Part shown: positions 1-9,479 of the stretch, one piece after another
Layout: every line of letters starts with the position of its first letter
Numbering within the stretch: position 1 is the stretch's first letter
Origin: a virus
Taxonomy: Duplodnaviria > Caudoviricetes
IMG/VR virus record: IMGVR_UViG_3300017785_006519
Location: 1-35,183 of that record
DNA length: 35,183 nt
Reading direction: 5' to 3' (one strand)
Position numbers and translations under genes: made by a program
The notes under the pieces: model-generated
What the model saw: the letters and a program-made list of their open reading frames with translations, nothing else
Database searches by the model: none
What the model was told of the DNA's origin: nothing

Positions 1-61
1 CCAGCCCCGAGGTTTTTTTAGGCACAGATTTTCAATCTCGGGTTTCCTACTCAACTAACTA

Positions 62-538
62 ATGATAACAAACGCTCAGGCAGCTAAGATTCTAGCCGTC
101 ACCCTTCGACGCATCACGCAGATGGTGGAAGAAGGAAAATTGAAGCGCCCTGAGCCTGGCCGGATCTCTTGCGAATCAATCGCCGAGTTTATCCGCGATG
201 AAAGGAAGGCGAGCGAGGATTCCCCAGCCGACTACGAGGCCGACAAGGCGCGAAAGATGAAAGCCGATGCCGACCTTGCGGAACTGCTCACCGCGAAGGA
301 GGGCAAGAAGCTAGTGGAGATCGCAAAGACGGAGCGGCGATGGGCGAACGCGCTCAGCGCCTTGCGCGGAAAGTGCATGGCCATGCCCGCACGCATCGGC
401 CCGATGGTGGTCATCGCCAAGAGCCAAGCCGACGCCACGCGCATTCTTGAGGATGAACTACGCCAAGCGTTTAACGACATCGCCGACGCAGGCCCAGAGG
501 ATGACGAAGCGCCCGCCACCGATGAGCAAAGCCATTGA
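62..538 (+). CDS. terS: Terminase small subunit (Nu1-like, N-terminal HTH)
   Basis: N-terminal HTH-like 'AQAAKILAVTLRRITQM', coiled coil; overlaps terL. Confidence 0.85.
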   Translation: MITNAQAAKILAVTLRRITQMVEEGKLKRPEPGRISCESIAEFIRDERKASEDSPADYEADKARKMKADADLAELLTAKEGKKLVEIAKTERRWANALSALRGKCMAMPARIGPMVVIAKSQADATRILEDELRQAFNDIADAGPEDDEAPATDEQSH

Positions 539-2519
539 TAAGTATTGCAAGGCCAACGACAAGGCGGCGCTAAAGCGCGCGTGGCAATTCCTGCGCTGGC
601 CGATCAAGATGACCGTTGCCGAGTGGGCGGAGAAATACCGCATCCTTTCGCGCGGTGCGTCGTCGGAGCCTGGTCGCTACCGTTGCGACCGCGTGCCGTA
701 CCAGCGGCAGATCATGGAGTCGTTCACCGCGCCTGATGTTCGGGAAACGGTGCTCTGCATCGCTTCACAGGTCGGGAAAACCGAGCTGATGAATAACCTG
801 ATCGGTTACATGATCCACGCCGACCCGTCGCCGATCCTCGTAAAATACCCGACGCTCGACGCCTCAAAGGGTTACTCGAAGGAGAAGCTCGACCCGATGA
901 TCCAAGACACGCCAGTGCTGGCGGCGCTGATCCGTGACGCCCGCGCCCGTGACTCGGGCAATACCATTTTGCAAAAGTCCTTTCCCGGTGGGTTTATCCG
1001 CATCGCCGGCGCCAACTCTCCCAGCGGCCTGCGCCGTGCTTCGTGCCGAGTAGTCCTACAGGATGAAATCGACTCTGACCCATTCTCAGCCGGTGAGGAG
1101 GGCGACCCGTGCGCGCTGGCAGATCGCCGCGCCTCGAACTTTAGCAACGCGGTGAAGGTCAAGATGTCCACGCCGACGATCAAAGGCCGGTCGAAGATTT
1201 GGCAACTCCTAGAGGATTCCGACTTCTGCACTTGGCGCGCCATTTGCCCGCATTGCGAGGTGGCGCAGGAGTTGGTTTGGGCGAACGTGCGATGGGATAA
1301 AGACACCGAGGGCAAGGCCATGCCGGAGACGGCCTACTACCAAGGCGAGTGCGGGTGCCGCTGGACTGACCTTGACCGGCAGCGGGCCATCGTACGCGGT
1401 CACTGGAAGGCGCGCCAACCGTTCAAAGGGCGGCGTGGCTATCACCTGAGCGGGCTTTACCGGCTCATGGGCCACAAGCCGCAGTTCGCTTCGATGCTGC
1501 ATGAGTTCGCCGTGGACTTCCTCGAATCAAAGGCGGGCGGTCCCGAGCGTATGAAACCATGGGTCAACACGTTCCTTGCCGAGCCATCGGAGGAGGAGTT
1601 TGAGAAACTCGACGAGAAGACGATCATCGCGCGCGCTGAAGACTACGACCCCGACGCGGTGATTCCCGAGGGCGTGCTGCGCATCGCAGCCGGTGCCGAC
1701 GTACAGGAAGACCGCATCGAGTGCGAGTTCATCGGCTACGGCGAGGGCGAGGAAACGTGGGGGCTTGGCTACCACGTTCTCCACGGCGACACCCAGGGCG
1801 ACAAGGTATGGGAGGAGCTCGACTTGCTCCTTGCGAAAACCTTCCGCCACCCCAGCGGGAAAACCATGGGCGCACACACGACGTTTATCGACTCGGGGGC
1901 TCGTCAGGATCGCGTGTTGCAGTTCACCGGCCCGCGGCGGTCGCGTGGTATCTTCGCCTCGAAGGGTTACAATTCACCCGGAAAGCCGATCCCGATCATG
2001 CCGCGCAAGCCGTCGATCAACAACAAGCGCAAGGTGCAGCAGTGGATCGTGGGCGTCACCGCCGCGAAGACCGTGCTTTATTCGCGCATCATGTTGCCGG
2101 TGCCGGGCGCGGGATCTATGCACTTCCCCAAAAACCACGGCTACGATGCGCGCTATTTCCGCCAGCTCACCAGCGAGAAGCGCATGACCCGTTACAGCCA
2201 CGGGCGTCCATATTACATTTACGAGGCGGGCGACCGGCGCAACGAGCCGCTGGACATACGCGTGTATGCGCTCGCCGCTCACCGCCGCGTCACGTTCGAC
2301 TCGGTTTCGATCAAGGCAGAACTTGCCGCGATGCCGAAGCTGGAACCAACTATCAAGGAATCCTTGACCGTTGAACCCGCGCCCGCCGTGGAGACCATCG
2401 TGGGCAACATCGTCGTGGAGCGCGCCCCGATCCACCAAGGCACGCGCCTTCCCGCCTACGTCCCCATGTCGCAACGCAACCGCGCGGGCGGGGAAGGTGA
2501 CACCATGTTCTCGCGCTGA
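522..2519 (+). CDS. terL: Terminase large subunit, lambda GpA family
   Basis: Motifs VPYQRQIM, SQVGKTE (Walker A), DEID, STPT, CPHC, ADVQEDR, NEPLD; start placed at ATG 522. Confidence 0.95.
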   Translation: MSKAIDKYCKANDKAALKRAWQFLRWPIKMTVAEWAEKYRILSRGASSEPGRYRCDRVPYQRQIMESFTAPDVRETVLCIASQVGKTELMNNLIGYMIHADPSPILVKYPTLDASKGYSKEKLDPMIQDTPVLAALIRDARARDSGNTILQKSFPGGFIRIAGANSPSGLRRASCRVVLQDEIDSDPFSAGEEGDPCALADRRASNFSNAVKVKMSTPTIKGRSKIWQLLEDSDFCTWRAICPHCEVAQELVWANVRWDKDTEGKAMPETAYYQGECGCRWTDLDRQRAIVRGHWKARQPFKGRRGYHLSGLYRLMGHKPQFASMLHEFAVDFLESKAGGPERMKPWVNTFLAEPSEEEFEKLDEKTIIARAEDYDPDAVIPEGVLRIAAGADVQEDRIECEFIGYGEGEETWGLGYHVLHGDTQGDKVWEELDLLLAKTFRHPSGKTMGAHTTFIDSGARQDRVLQFTGPRRSRGIFASKGYNSPGKPIPIMPRKPSINNKRKVQQWIVGVTAAKTVLYSRIMLPVPGAGSMHFPKNHGYDARYFRQLTSEKRMTRYSHGRPYYIYEAGDRRNEPLDIRVYALAAHRRVTFDSVSIKAELAAMPKLEPTIKESLTVEPAPAVETIVGNIVVERAPIHQGTRLPAYVPMSQRNRAGGEGDTMFSR

Positions 2520-2561
2520 CAGCTTGCGCATCTCGCAAAACCGTTTACCCGTTACACCTTT

Positions 2562-2819
2562 ATGGACTTCATCAATGCAATTCCCGGCATCTTCGTTATC
2601 ATCGGCGGCCTCGTTCTTCTAGGCGTCGGCATTATCTGGGCCATCTTCCCGTTCCTCGTTTGCGCGCGCCTCGACAAGATTCATCGTGAGTTGCAGTTGA
2701 TTGAGATCAGCACGAAAAAAGCAGCACCTGCAGCAGTCTCGCCCTATCGCTCGCCGGTTTCATCCATCAGCCAGTCCGAGCGCGATGCCGCTTGGCGCGC
2801 TGCACAGGCATCGGATTGA
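2562..2819 (+). CDS. Small membrane protein (moron-like)
   Basis: Hydrophobic N-terminal TM segment; inserted after terL. Confidence 0.6.
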   Translation: MDFINAIPGIFVIIGGLVLLGVGIIWAIFPFLVCARLDKIHRELQLIEISTKKAAPAAVSPYRSPVSSISQSERDAAWRAAQASD

Positions 2820-2841
2820 CCCGCGCCTTGACCGCGACCGC

Positions 2842-2860
2842 GTATCGGTTAAGCCGATAC
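2842..2860. promoter_or_regulatory. Late operator GTATC-N9-GATAC
   Basis: GTATCggttaagccGATAC directly before ATG 2863. Confidence 0.7.
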
Positions 2861-2862
2861 GC

Positions 2863-3714
2863 ATGAAGTTCACCGCCAAGCTCGACGCCACGCCGGTCAA
2901 AACCTACTTCGGCGAGCTGGCGATCATCCTCAAGCAGTCCCTTCCCGACACCATACGCGGCGAGGGCGCGGCCATCGTGCGCAAGGCCATGAGCTTTCAA
3001 GCGTACTCCAAGATTGCCGAGGTCAAGGAACGCGCACTGAAAAAAGGCGTGGCATCATTCCGCATCGCCGCAGGATTCGGCGGCACGACCAACGTTTCCA
3101 AGCGGCGCGGCGAGTTTGGCAGTCAATGGATGGTCGGGCGCAAGGGCGGAAAGCCGATGCCGATGGGAATGTGGGATGGTACGCTAGGCGCAATTCGCGA
3201 CGGTAAACGATCCAGCGGCACCACAGGAAAGAAATTACAGCGCAGTAAAAATGGAGTGAACAAGATCCGCACCAAGCGCCAGACGAACGGCTGGTACGCG
3301 CCCGCCGCCGATTGGGCGCGCTACAAGGCCGCATGGGCAGCCGACGCAGAAGACACCAAGAAGCGCATCGCCGACCGCTTAGCCGCGCGAGGACTCGCGG
3401 CCAAGTCATGGCTTGAGATCATAGACAAGATCAACGCGGGCAGCGACGACGCCGCCGCCTTCATCCGCCGCGCCCGCCCCATCTCCAACAAGTCCCGCAG
3501 CGTGGCGGGCGTGGTGCAAACCGGCGCAGGCACGGCAAATTACCAGCTCACGATCATCAACGCATCCGGCATCGCCATCGCCTCGGGCGGACAGCGCAAG
3601 CTCGCCACGGCCATCACCATTCGCCGCAAATTCTTCATGGACAAACTGCGCGCCGGGTTCTTCGACGACGCCAAGTTCGTCGCGCGAAATTACAAGTGGG
3701 CGCGGTTCGGCTAA
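2863..3714 (+). CDS. Basic virion morphogenesis/neck-like protein
   Basis: ATG 2863 follows an operator and TTGAC; K/R-rich; function inferred from composition only. Confidence 0.5.
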   Translation: MKFTAKLDATPVKTYFGELAIILKQSLPDTIRGEGAAIVRKAMSFQAYSKIAEVKERALKKGVASFRIAAGFGGTTNVSKRRGEFGSQWMVGRKGGKPMPMGMWDGTLGAIRDGKRSSGTTGKKLQRSKNGVNKIRTKRQTNGWYAPAADWARYKAAWAADAEDTKKRIADRLAARGLAAKSWLEIIDKINAGSDDAAAFIRRARPISNKSRSVAGVVQTGAGTANYQLTIINASGIAIASGGQRKLATAITIRRKFFMDKLRAGFFDDAKFVARNYKWARFG

Positions 3715-3715
3715 C

Positions 3716-3734
3716 GTATTGACAAACTGGATAC
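3716..3734. promoter_or_regulatory. Late operator overlapping TTGACA
   Basis: GTATTgacaaactgGATAC. Confidence 0.7.
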
Positions 3735-3753
3735 GCTTTGGCGTAGTGAGGGC

Positions 3754-4023
3754 ATGGCCCTTACTGCGCTCCAAACCCGAAGGCTGGCTGATATTGAACG
3801 CAGAATTTCCATGCATGAAAACGTGTTGGCGGTTTCATCTGGACTCGGCTCATCCCACTCAGCGCAGGGCGTTAGCGCTACTTTTTCAGATACGCAGATA
3901 CGCATGGCGGTTTCTCAGCTTCCAGTGCTTCAACGAATTAAGGAGCAGTACGAGGCCACCGCCACCGGCGGCGACATCCCCCCGCCCCCTGGCGTCAATT
4001 TAAGCTACTACCTCACCGAGTAA
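3754..4023 (+). CDS. Head completion protein (gpW-like position)
   Basis: 89 aa, immediately upstream of the portal. Confidence 0.5.
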   Translation: MALTALQTRRLADIERRISMHENVLAVSSGLGSSHSAQGVSATFSDTQIRMAVSQLPVLQRIKEQYEATATGGDIPPPPGVNLSYYLTE

Positions 4024-4024
4024 C

Positions 4025-5617
4025 ATGGCACGACCCGTCACCCCCGTTTTACTCGACCACAAGGGCGAGCCCTTCAAGTTTTTCGTCGGTGAGTACGACG
4101 CCAGCCGCAACACCCGCGAGCGCACGCTGCACGGATCCTTTGCCTACTCTACGCGCCCCGAGTCGGAAATGCTGCCCTTTTCCGACCGCCTGAAAGTCGT
4201 CTCCTACCTGCGCTCCTCCCTGCGCAATAACCCCGTGATTGCCGCGCTGTGCTTCCGCTACGCGCTGGCCATCGGTTCCCCCACGGTGCACGCCGTGACC
4301 CTTGACGGTGGGTTCAACGATGAGAAAGAACGCGCACTCGAAAAGCGCCTACGCTCCATCATGCACGGCACCGGCTGGAGCTGGCACCGCCTGCACAAAA
4401 TCATTTCAACCGAACTCCTCATTGCGGGCGAAGTGTTCGCCGTGGAGGTGGACGACAAGGTGCAGCTCATCCCGTCCGAACTTTGCGGCTCACCGGCCAA
4501 ACCAGACGAGAACGAGATCGACGGCATCACCTACGACGACACCGGCGCGCCCCTGTTTTACCGCTTCGGCGCACGCCGCCCATCAGCGCATGGCCGCACC
4601 GGCTCCGTTTCCTTCGAGGAAGCCGACGGCGCGCAGTTGGTCCCCGCCGAGTTCGTCCACCACCTCGGCACCCCGTCGCGCATCGAAGAACGCCGTTTTT
4701 CCCCGATGCTGTCCTCGGTCGTTGGGCAGATTCAAAACCTTGACGACATCATAAAGGCCAAGGTAACGACCGTGAAAAACCAAGCGGCCATGTCGCTATT
4801 CTTCACCAAGAACTTTGACCCCGCTCTGTTCGCCGAAGCCTCCGCGCTCTCCTCTGCCGTGGAGCAGAACAGCGGCACCTTGCTCGCGCAGTCCGTCGCC
4901 CGCTCAGCCTATCAAGACGTTAAAAACGGCACGATCATGTATGGCGAGGTTGGCGAGGACGTGAAGCTCATCGAGCCGAACCTCAACGCGCAGGATTTTT
5001 CGCAGTTCGCTCTAATGCTACTCGATCAGATTTGCGCTCCGATCGGACTCTTCCCCGAGGAAGTTTTGATCGGTTATCGCAACAGCAACTATTCCAGCGC
5101 GCGCGCCGACCGCATCCGCTTAACCGATGTGCTGCGCGACATCCGCAAAGAGCGCGAAGCCTTCTGCGACCGCGTGATCGAGCGCCAAACCGGCATCGCC
5201 ATTGACTCCGGCGAGATCCAAGACGCAGGCGACGGCACCGCCGATATTACCTACGGCTGGCCGGTAGTGCGCGAGATCGACGAAACTAAGCACGTTTTGG
5301 CGCAAGCCACCTCGCTTGCCAACGGGTCGAAGTCGCTTGACCAGATTTGCGCGGAGAACGGAACATTTGCCGATCAGGTGCAGTCGCAGATCGTGCGCGG
5401 CGCTGTGCGCATGGCCAAGACCGTAAAGGCATACGCCCAATTTAACGCGCCCACGAAAGCGCAGATCGAAGCGCAGACCGTGACGCAGCAAGAGATTCTG
5501 GCGCACATGCCCAACGCCACCGCAGCGAGCGAGGCGCTTAACGCCATGGCGAACGCCGACGCCGCCGCAGTCAACGCGCAAGCCAACGCCGACCGCGTAA
5601 CCCTCCCCACCGTCTAA
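4025..5617 (+). CDS. Portal protein, lambda family
   Basis: RNNP, GEVF, 'NYSSARAD' and 'WPVVREIDETK' motifs; 530 aa. Confidence 0.9.
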   Translation: MARPVTPVLLDHKGEPFKFFVGEYDASRNTRERTLHGSFAYSTRPESEMLPFSDRLKVVSYLRSSLRNNPVIAALCFRYALAIGSPTVHAVTLDGGFNDEKERALEKRLRSIMHGTGWSWHRLHKIISTELLIAGEVFAVEVDDKVQLIPSELCGSPAKPDENEIDGITYDDTGAPLFYRFGARRPSAHGRTGSVSFEEADGAQLVPAEFVHHLGTPSRIEERRFSPMLSSVVGQIQNLDDIIKAKVTTVKNQAAMSLFFTKNFDPALFAEASALSSAVEQNSGTLLAQSVARSAYQDVKNGTIMYGEVGEDVKLIEPNLNAQDFSQFALMLLDQICAPIGLFPEEVLIGYRNSNYSSARADRIRLTDVLRDIRKEREAFCDRVIERQTGIAIDSGEIQDAGDGTADITYGWPVVREIDETKHVLAQATSLANGSKSLDQICAENGTFADQVQSQIVRGAVRMAKTVKAYAQFNAPTKAQIEAQTVTQQEILAHMPNATAASEALNAMANADAAAVNAQANADRVTLPTV

Positions 5618-5620
5618 CCC

Positions 5621-5947
5621 ATGCCCACCGTCGCCCAGGGCTCAGCCCCCACCCAGACCCTCGTTATCGGCAACACCCTGCCAGCGCGCGCGTTCACCTA
5701 CTCGGTCAACGCCGCATCACCGACGATCAGCGCGGCGTTTTTCGCGGTTAAAACCCCCGCAGGCGTGCAACTCCTGCGCGTGGCCTGCACCATCGTCGGC
5801 GCAGTCGTTACCCGCCCCGTGGTACTGCCAGCCGTGACCGCGGTATGGCCCGCGGGGCGCCTCAATTGGGACATTGAAACCACCATCGGCGGCGTCGAGA
5901 AAACCTACATCAAGGGCGAGTTCGCCATTCTCGTTACCAGCCAATGA
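5621..5947 (+). CDS. Virion protein, BppU N-terminal-like
   Basis: C-terminal 'WDIETT...TYIKGEFAI' pattern. Confidence 0.5.
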   Translation: MPTVAQGSAPTQTLVIGNTLPARAFTYSVNAASPTISAAFFAVKTPAGVQLLRVACTIVGAVVTRPVVLPAVTAVWPAGRLNWDIETTIGGVEKTYIKGEFAILVTSQ

Positions 5948-6453
5948 GTGACGAGCTGATTACGATCAGCGCGATTGACCCGTCCGACCTCGTTACGGTT
6001 TCGATCACCGAGACGACCGACGCGGTGACGGTCACTGCCGTTGACGCCTCCGACCAGGTGACGGTGAGCGTGGCCGGTGACACCACCACCGTCGAAGTCA
6101 CCGCCGACAGCAGCTCGGACGCGGTGACGGTGACGAGCGTTGACCCCTCCGACGCCGTGACGGTGAGCGTCACCACCGCCGACGACGCGGTTACGGTGAG
6201 CGTATCGAATGACACCGGCCCAGCGGGCGCGGACTACGACCAGCGCACCGATTGGCTCGGGCTTGTCGTCGGCTTTAACGCCATCCCCACCGCCCCCACG
6301 GCAATCACGGGCGGCAGCGTTTACACCTACACCTACGCGGGCGGCACCCGCTACCGCTTCGTTTCAACGAGCGGGCTTACAGATTCCTTTTACACCACTT
6401 TCGACGGATCAAATTTAACCGGCCTCGTGGCAAGCAAGGGTTTGACCTTGTAA
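5944..6453 (+). CDS. Virion protein with 11-aa D-x-V-T-V repeats
   Basis: About 7 tandem repeats such as DPSDAVTVSVT; ATGA overlap with the upstream gene. Confidence 0.7.
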   Translation: MSDELITISAIDPSDLVTVSITETTDAVTVTAVDASDQVTVSVAGDTTTVEVTADSSSDAVTVTSVDPSDAVTVSVTTADDAVTVSVSNDTGPAGADYDQRTDWLGLVVGFNAIPTAPTAITGGSVYTYTYAGGTRYRFVSTSGLTDSFYTTFDGSNLTGLVASKGLTL

Positions 6454-6468
6454 CCACATTCTGAATAC
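6450..6468. promoter_or_regulatory. Late operator (degenerate)
   Basis: GTAACcacattctgAATAC next to TTGACC. Confidence 0.5.
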
Positions 6469-6477
6469 ACAATACCC

Positions 6478-6918
6478 ATGCCATTTTCCACCACTTTCTC
6501 CAACGCGCTTTTGCTCCACCTGCTCAACAACACCGCGATTGCGGGCCTAGGTGACGCCAGTGGCCCGCTCGCCTCCGCCGTTGCGGGTTCGGTTTACGTC
6601 GCCCTGCACACCGCATCGCCTGCCGTGGGTGGCACCCAGTCCACCAACGAGGTCGCTTACACGGGATACGCCCGCGTGGCCGTCGCCCGCTCCGGCGCAG
6701 GCTGGACGGTTACGACTAACACCTTCACCAACGCCGCGCAGATTCAGTTCCCCATCTGCACCGCAGGCACCGCGACCGCTACCCACTTCTCGATTGGCTA
6801 CGCCAGCACGGGCGGCAACACCGTCGTGGAGTTCGGCACGCTCAACACGGCACTCGCCATTTCGGTTAACATCACCCCGCAGTTTGCGGCCAGCCAGCTC
6901 ACCGCCACGCTGACCTAA
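6478..6918 (+). CDS. Phage fibre-associated structural protein
   Basis: 'VYVALHTASP...NEVAYTGYARVAV' motif, which I recognise as common in phage virion proteins. Confidence 0.7.
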   Translation: MPFSTTFSNALLLHLLNNTAIAGLGDASGPLASAVAGSVYVALHTASPAVGGTQSTNEVAYTGYARVAVARSGAGWTVTTNTFTNAAQIQFPICTAGTATATHFSIGYASTGGNTVVEFGTLNTALAISVNITPQFAASQLTATLT

Positions 6919-6922
6919 GCCC

Positions 6923-7039
6923 ATGCGTTACGCCTGCGCACATTGCGGATTTGACCTTGGCCCGTTCCTCGAAGACGGGCTTGAGGTGGAGCCTGCCTGC
7001 GCAGATCACCCAAATGGCATAGTCTGTATCCGCGTTTAA
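6923..7039 (+). CDS. 38-aa CxxC/CxxH peptide
   Basis: MRYACAHCGFDLGPFLEDGLEVEPACADHPNGIVCIRV; fills the gap between two genes. Confidence 0.45.
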   Translation: MRYACAHCGFDLGPFLEDGLEVEPACADHPNGIVCIRV

Positions 7040-7040
7040 G

Positions 7041-7907
7041 ATGCCCAACCTTAATCGCGGCCTCGCATCGGTAAATGCCGCCTTCGATGAAGGGCGCTTC
7101 CATACGCAGCGGTTTATCAAGGTCAACACGACGCAGCCACCCACCTCTTCCTTTTCCGACTGGGGTGCAACCGTTGGCCAGCCCACGGCCCATGCACGGG
7201 TAGGCACCCCACTGGTCTTTGTCCCGCTGACTGGCGCAGGCAATAACGCCATTTATTTCCCTCCCATCCCCAGCGGCTCGAAGCGTTACCTCGCATCTGG
7301 CACTTTTAGGAGCGATGGAACCGCAGCTACATCCATCATAATTGGCGACCTACTTGGATATTACCCGCTGCTGGACGGTGACTCAATAGCCACGCAGACG
7401 CTCGACAACACGCTCACGCTTCCACGCTACGCCGACGGCGTTGGTGTGATTGCGTCGCTGGTGGGAAACGTATCACCAACGGCCAACACCGGAGCGGCCA
7501 TGGTCACGTATATCGACTCGAACGACGTCACCTGCGTCACCTCATTTCGCACAATCAATTCGACCATTCAAGGATCAATCATAAACGCTGCGAGCACCTT
7601 AACCGCCACTACTGGGTGTCTAGGTATGCCCGCCGCCACAAATTCAGTAGGCAAGGGAGTGAAGCGCGTTGTTGACATCACCTATACCACCTCGCCGGGC
7701 GGCATCCAAGCCATTTACCTCTGGAAGCCGCTGGCCACGGTTGTTTTCAATGGCGACACACTGCTTTCCCGTGAGAAGGATTTTTTCATCCATAACGGTA
7801 TGGCGGCCCCAATCATTTTGGATGGGGCTTACCTCAATTTTTTTGCGCAAGGAACCAATGCTAACGGGCAGCGGTACTACGGCGATTTAACCTTCATCTG
7901 GACTTAA
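7041..7907 (+). CDS. Virion structural protein (paralog of the next gene)
   Basis: T/G/S-rich; shares GY(Y/W)P, (K/R)PLA, EKDF and DGA(Y/C)L motifs with 7913..8797. Confidence 0.7.
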   Translation: MPNLNRGLASVNAAFDEGRFHTQRFIKVNTTQPPTSSFSDWGATVGQPTAHARVGTPLVFVPLTGAGNNAIYFPPIPSGSKRYLASGTFRSDGTAATSIIIGDLLGYYPLLDGDSIATQTLDNTLTLPRYADGVGVIASLVGNVSPTANTGAAMVTYIDSNDVTCVTSFRTINSTIQGSIINAASTLTATTGCLGMPAATNSVGKGVKRVVDITYTTSPGGIQAIYLWKPLATVVFNGDTLLSREKDFFIHNGMAAPIILDGAYLNFFAQGTNANGQRYYGDLTFIWT

Positions 7908-7912
7908 CTTTT

Positions 7913-8797
7913 ATGGCTATTCAATCTGTTGACAATTTAATCACCGCCCTGAGCGCGGGCCAGTCCAACCGCTACGATTGGAATAAGATCACTGGATCAG
8001 CATCATACGCGTCGGGGCGAAACTATGACCTGAGCCAGCTCTCCGGCTTACCCGTCGCCAACTCCTACGCAGGCACCGCGCTGGATTGGCGCACCTGCGA
8101 CGAGGCCACGGGCAACGGCACCGACATCTTTGGTCTCCCCCACGGCGGCAACGTCTCGGCCAGCATTAAGCATTTGCTCAATGGCTCCGCATGGAGCACC
8201 GCCGCAACGGGTGTACCCGCCACACTAATCCTTGTTGATATGCAGGGCTACTGGCCCGGCATTAATATGAACAGCAGCTCGGCTCAGACGCTCACTGGAA
8301 CGCCGACCTTGCGGTACACCAATGGCGCGGGTTGCCGCCTCTACCTCGTCGCTCGTGCTACGACCGGAGCCGTGGCGCATAACATTGCGATTTCGTATAG
8401 TAACCAGACCCCGACCTCGGGCCGTTCGCTCCCCGTAACGGTTGCGGCAACAGCCTCGGCAATCGTTCCCCACATCGTGCATTCGGGCACAGCAGCAAAT
8501 AACTACGGCCCATTCCTGCCGCTCGCCTCCGGTGACACAGGAGTTTCCACCGTTGCCTCGGTCACGCTGTCCGCCGCTTCGGGTACGGCTTCCACCGCCG
8601 CGCTCTGCTTGGTACGTCCCTTGGCTCAAATCACCATCAGCGTGACTGGCCTCATGACCGAGAAGGATTTCATGAACCAACTCCCCAGCCTGCCCATCGT
8701 CAAAGACGGCGCGTGCCTCGTCTGGCTCTTATCGGCTGGCGCAGCCGTGGCTACGCTCACCACGTTCTCGGGCTCCACTGAGGTTGTCTGGGGTTAA
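7913..8797 (+). CDS. Virion structural protein
   Basis: T/S/A-rich, beta-type composition; paralogous motifs with the previous gene. Confidence 0.7.
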   Translation: MAIQSVDNLITALSAGQSNRYDWNKITGSASYASGRNYDLSQLSGLPVANSYAGTALDWRTCDEATGNGTDIFGLPHGGNVSASIKHLLNGSAWSTAATGVPATLILVDMQGYWPGINMNSSSAQTLTGTPTLRYTNGAGCRLYLVARATTGAVAHNIAISYSNQTPTSGRSLPVTVAATASAIVPHIVHSGTAANNYGPFLPLASGDTGVSTVASVTLSAASGTASTAALCLVRPLAQITISVTGLMTEKDFMNQLPSLPIVKDGACLVWLLSAGAAVATLTTFSGSTEVVWG

Positions 8798-8818
8798 TCG
8801 CTCCCAGCTCGCCCCGCC

Positions 8819-9475
8819 ATGCAATACCCCAACGGACGCTATTTTAACGCCAGCCCTGGGCGTTTCTTCGGCGGAACCACGGAGGGGTTTCTGCCGTACA
8901 GCCGCATGCGTGGCGACCGGCTCAACCGCTTCATCAACGCCAACTGGTCGCGCATTCACGGCGGCCTGCCCTCGGGCTACGGCGTGCGCGGCATTGTGCC
9001 TGCGATCCGTGCGGGAGGTGTTTCGGCCTTCGACTCCGATTCGCTCACTCTCACCACCGCAGCCACGGTGAACATCGGTGCGCAGATCAGCGGCTCGGCC
9101 ACGCTGAGCATTTCGGAAACGGCCAACCTGACGCTATTGGCAAACATGCTCGCCGCCGACGCCCTCGCGCTGGCCGTGGCCAATGCCACCTTGGGCGGAC
9201 TCATCGCCTTGGTGGCGAGCGATACCCTCACCAGCACGCTCACCGGCACGATCACCGCGACCGGCGATGTGGCAGGCACCGACACCCTGGCGCTCATCGA
9301 ATCCGTAACCCTCACCGCATCGGGCAACATGGTCGGCGTGATTAGCGCCTACACCGAACTCTCGCCTGAGAACTTGGCCCTCGCCGCCTACAATCTGATG
9401 CAGCCCGACCTTTCTGTCATAAATACAGGCGTACAGAAGGCATCCGTTTTAATTCCCCACACCACCAATTTATAA
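8819..9475 (+). CDS. Virion structural protein
   Basis: A/T/L-rich ORF within the late operon. Confidence 0.6.
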   Translation: MQYPNGRYFNASPGRFFGGTTEGFLPYSRMRGDRLNRFINANWSRIHGGLPSGYGVRGIVPAIRAGGVSAFDSDSLTLTTAATVNIGAQISGSATLSISETANLTLLANMLAADALALAVANATLGGLIALVASDTLTSTLTGTITATGDVAGTDTLALIESVTLTASGNMVGVISAYTELSPENLALAAYNLMQPDLSVINTGVQKASVLIPHTTNL

Positions 9476-9479
9476 TCCC

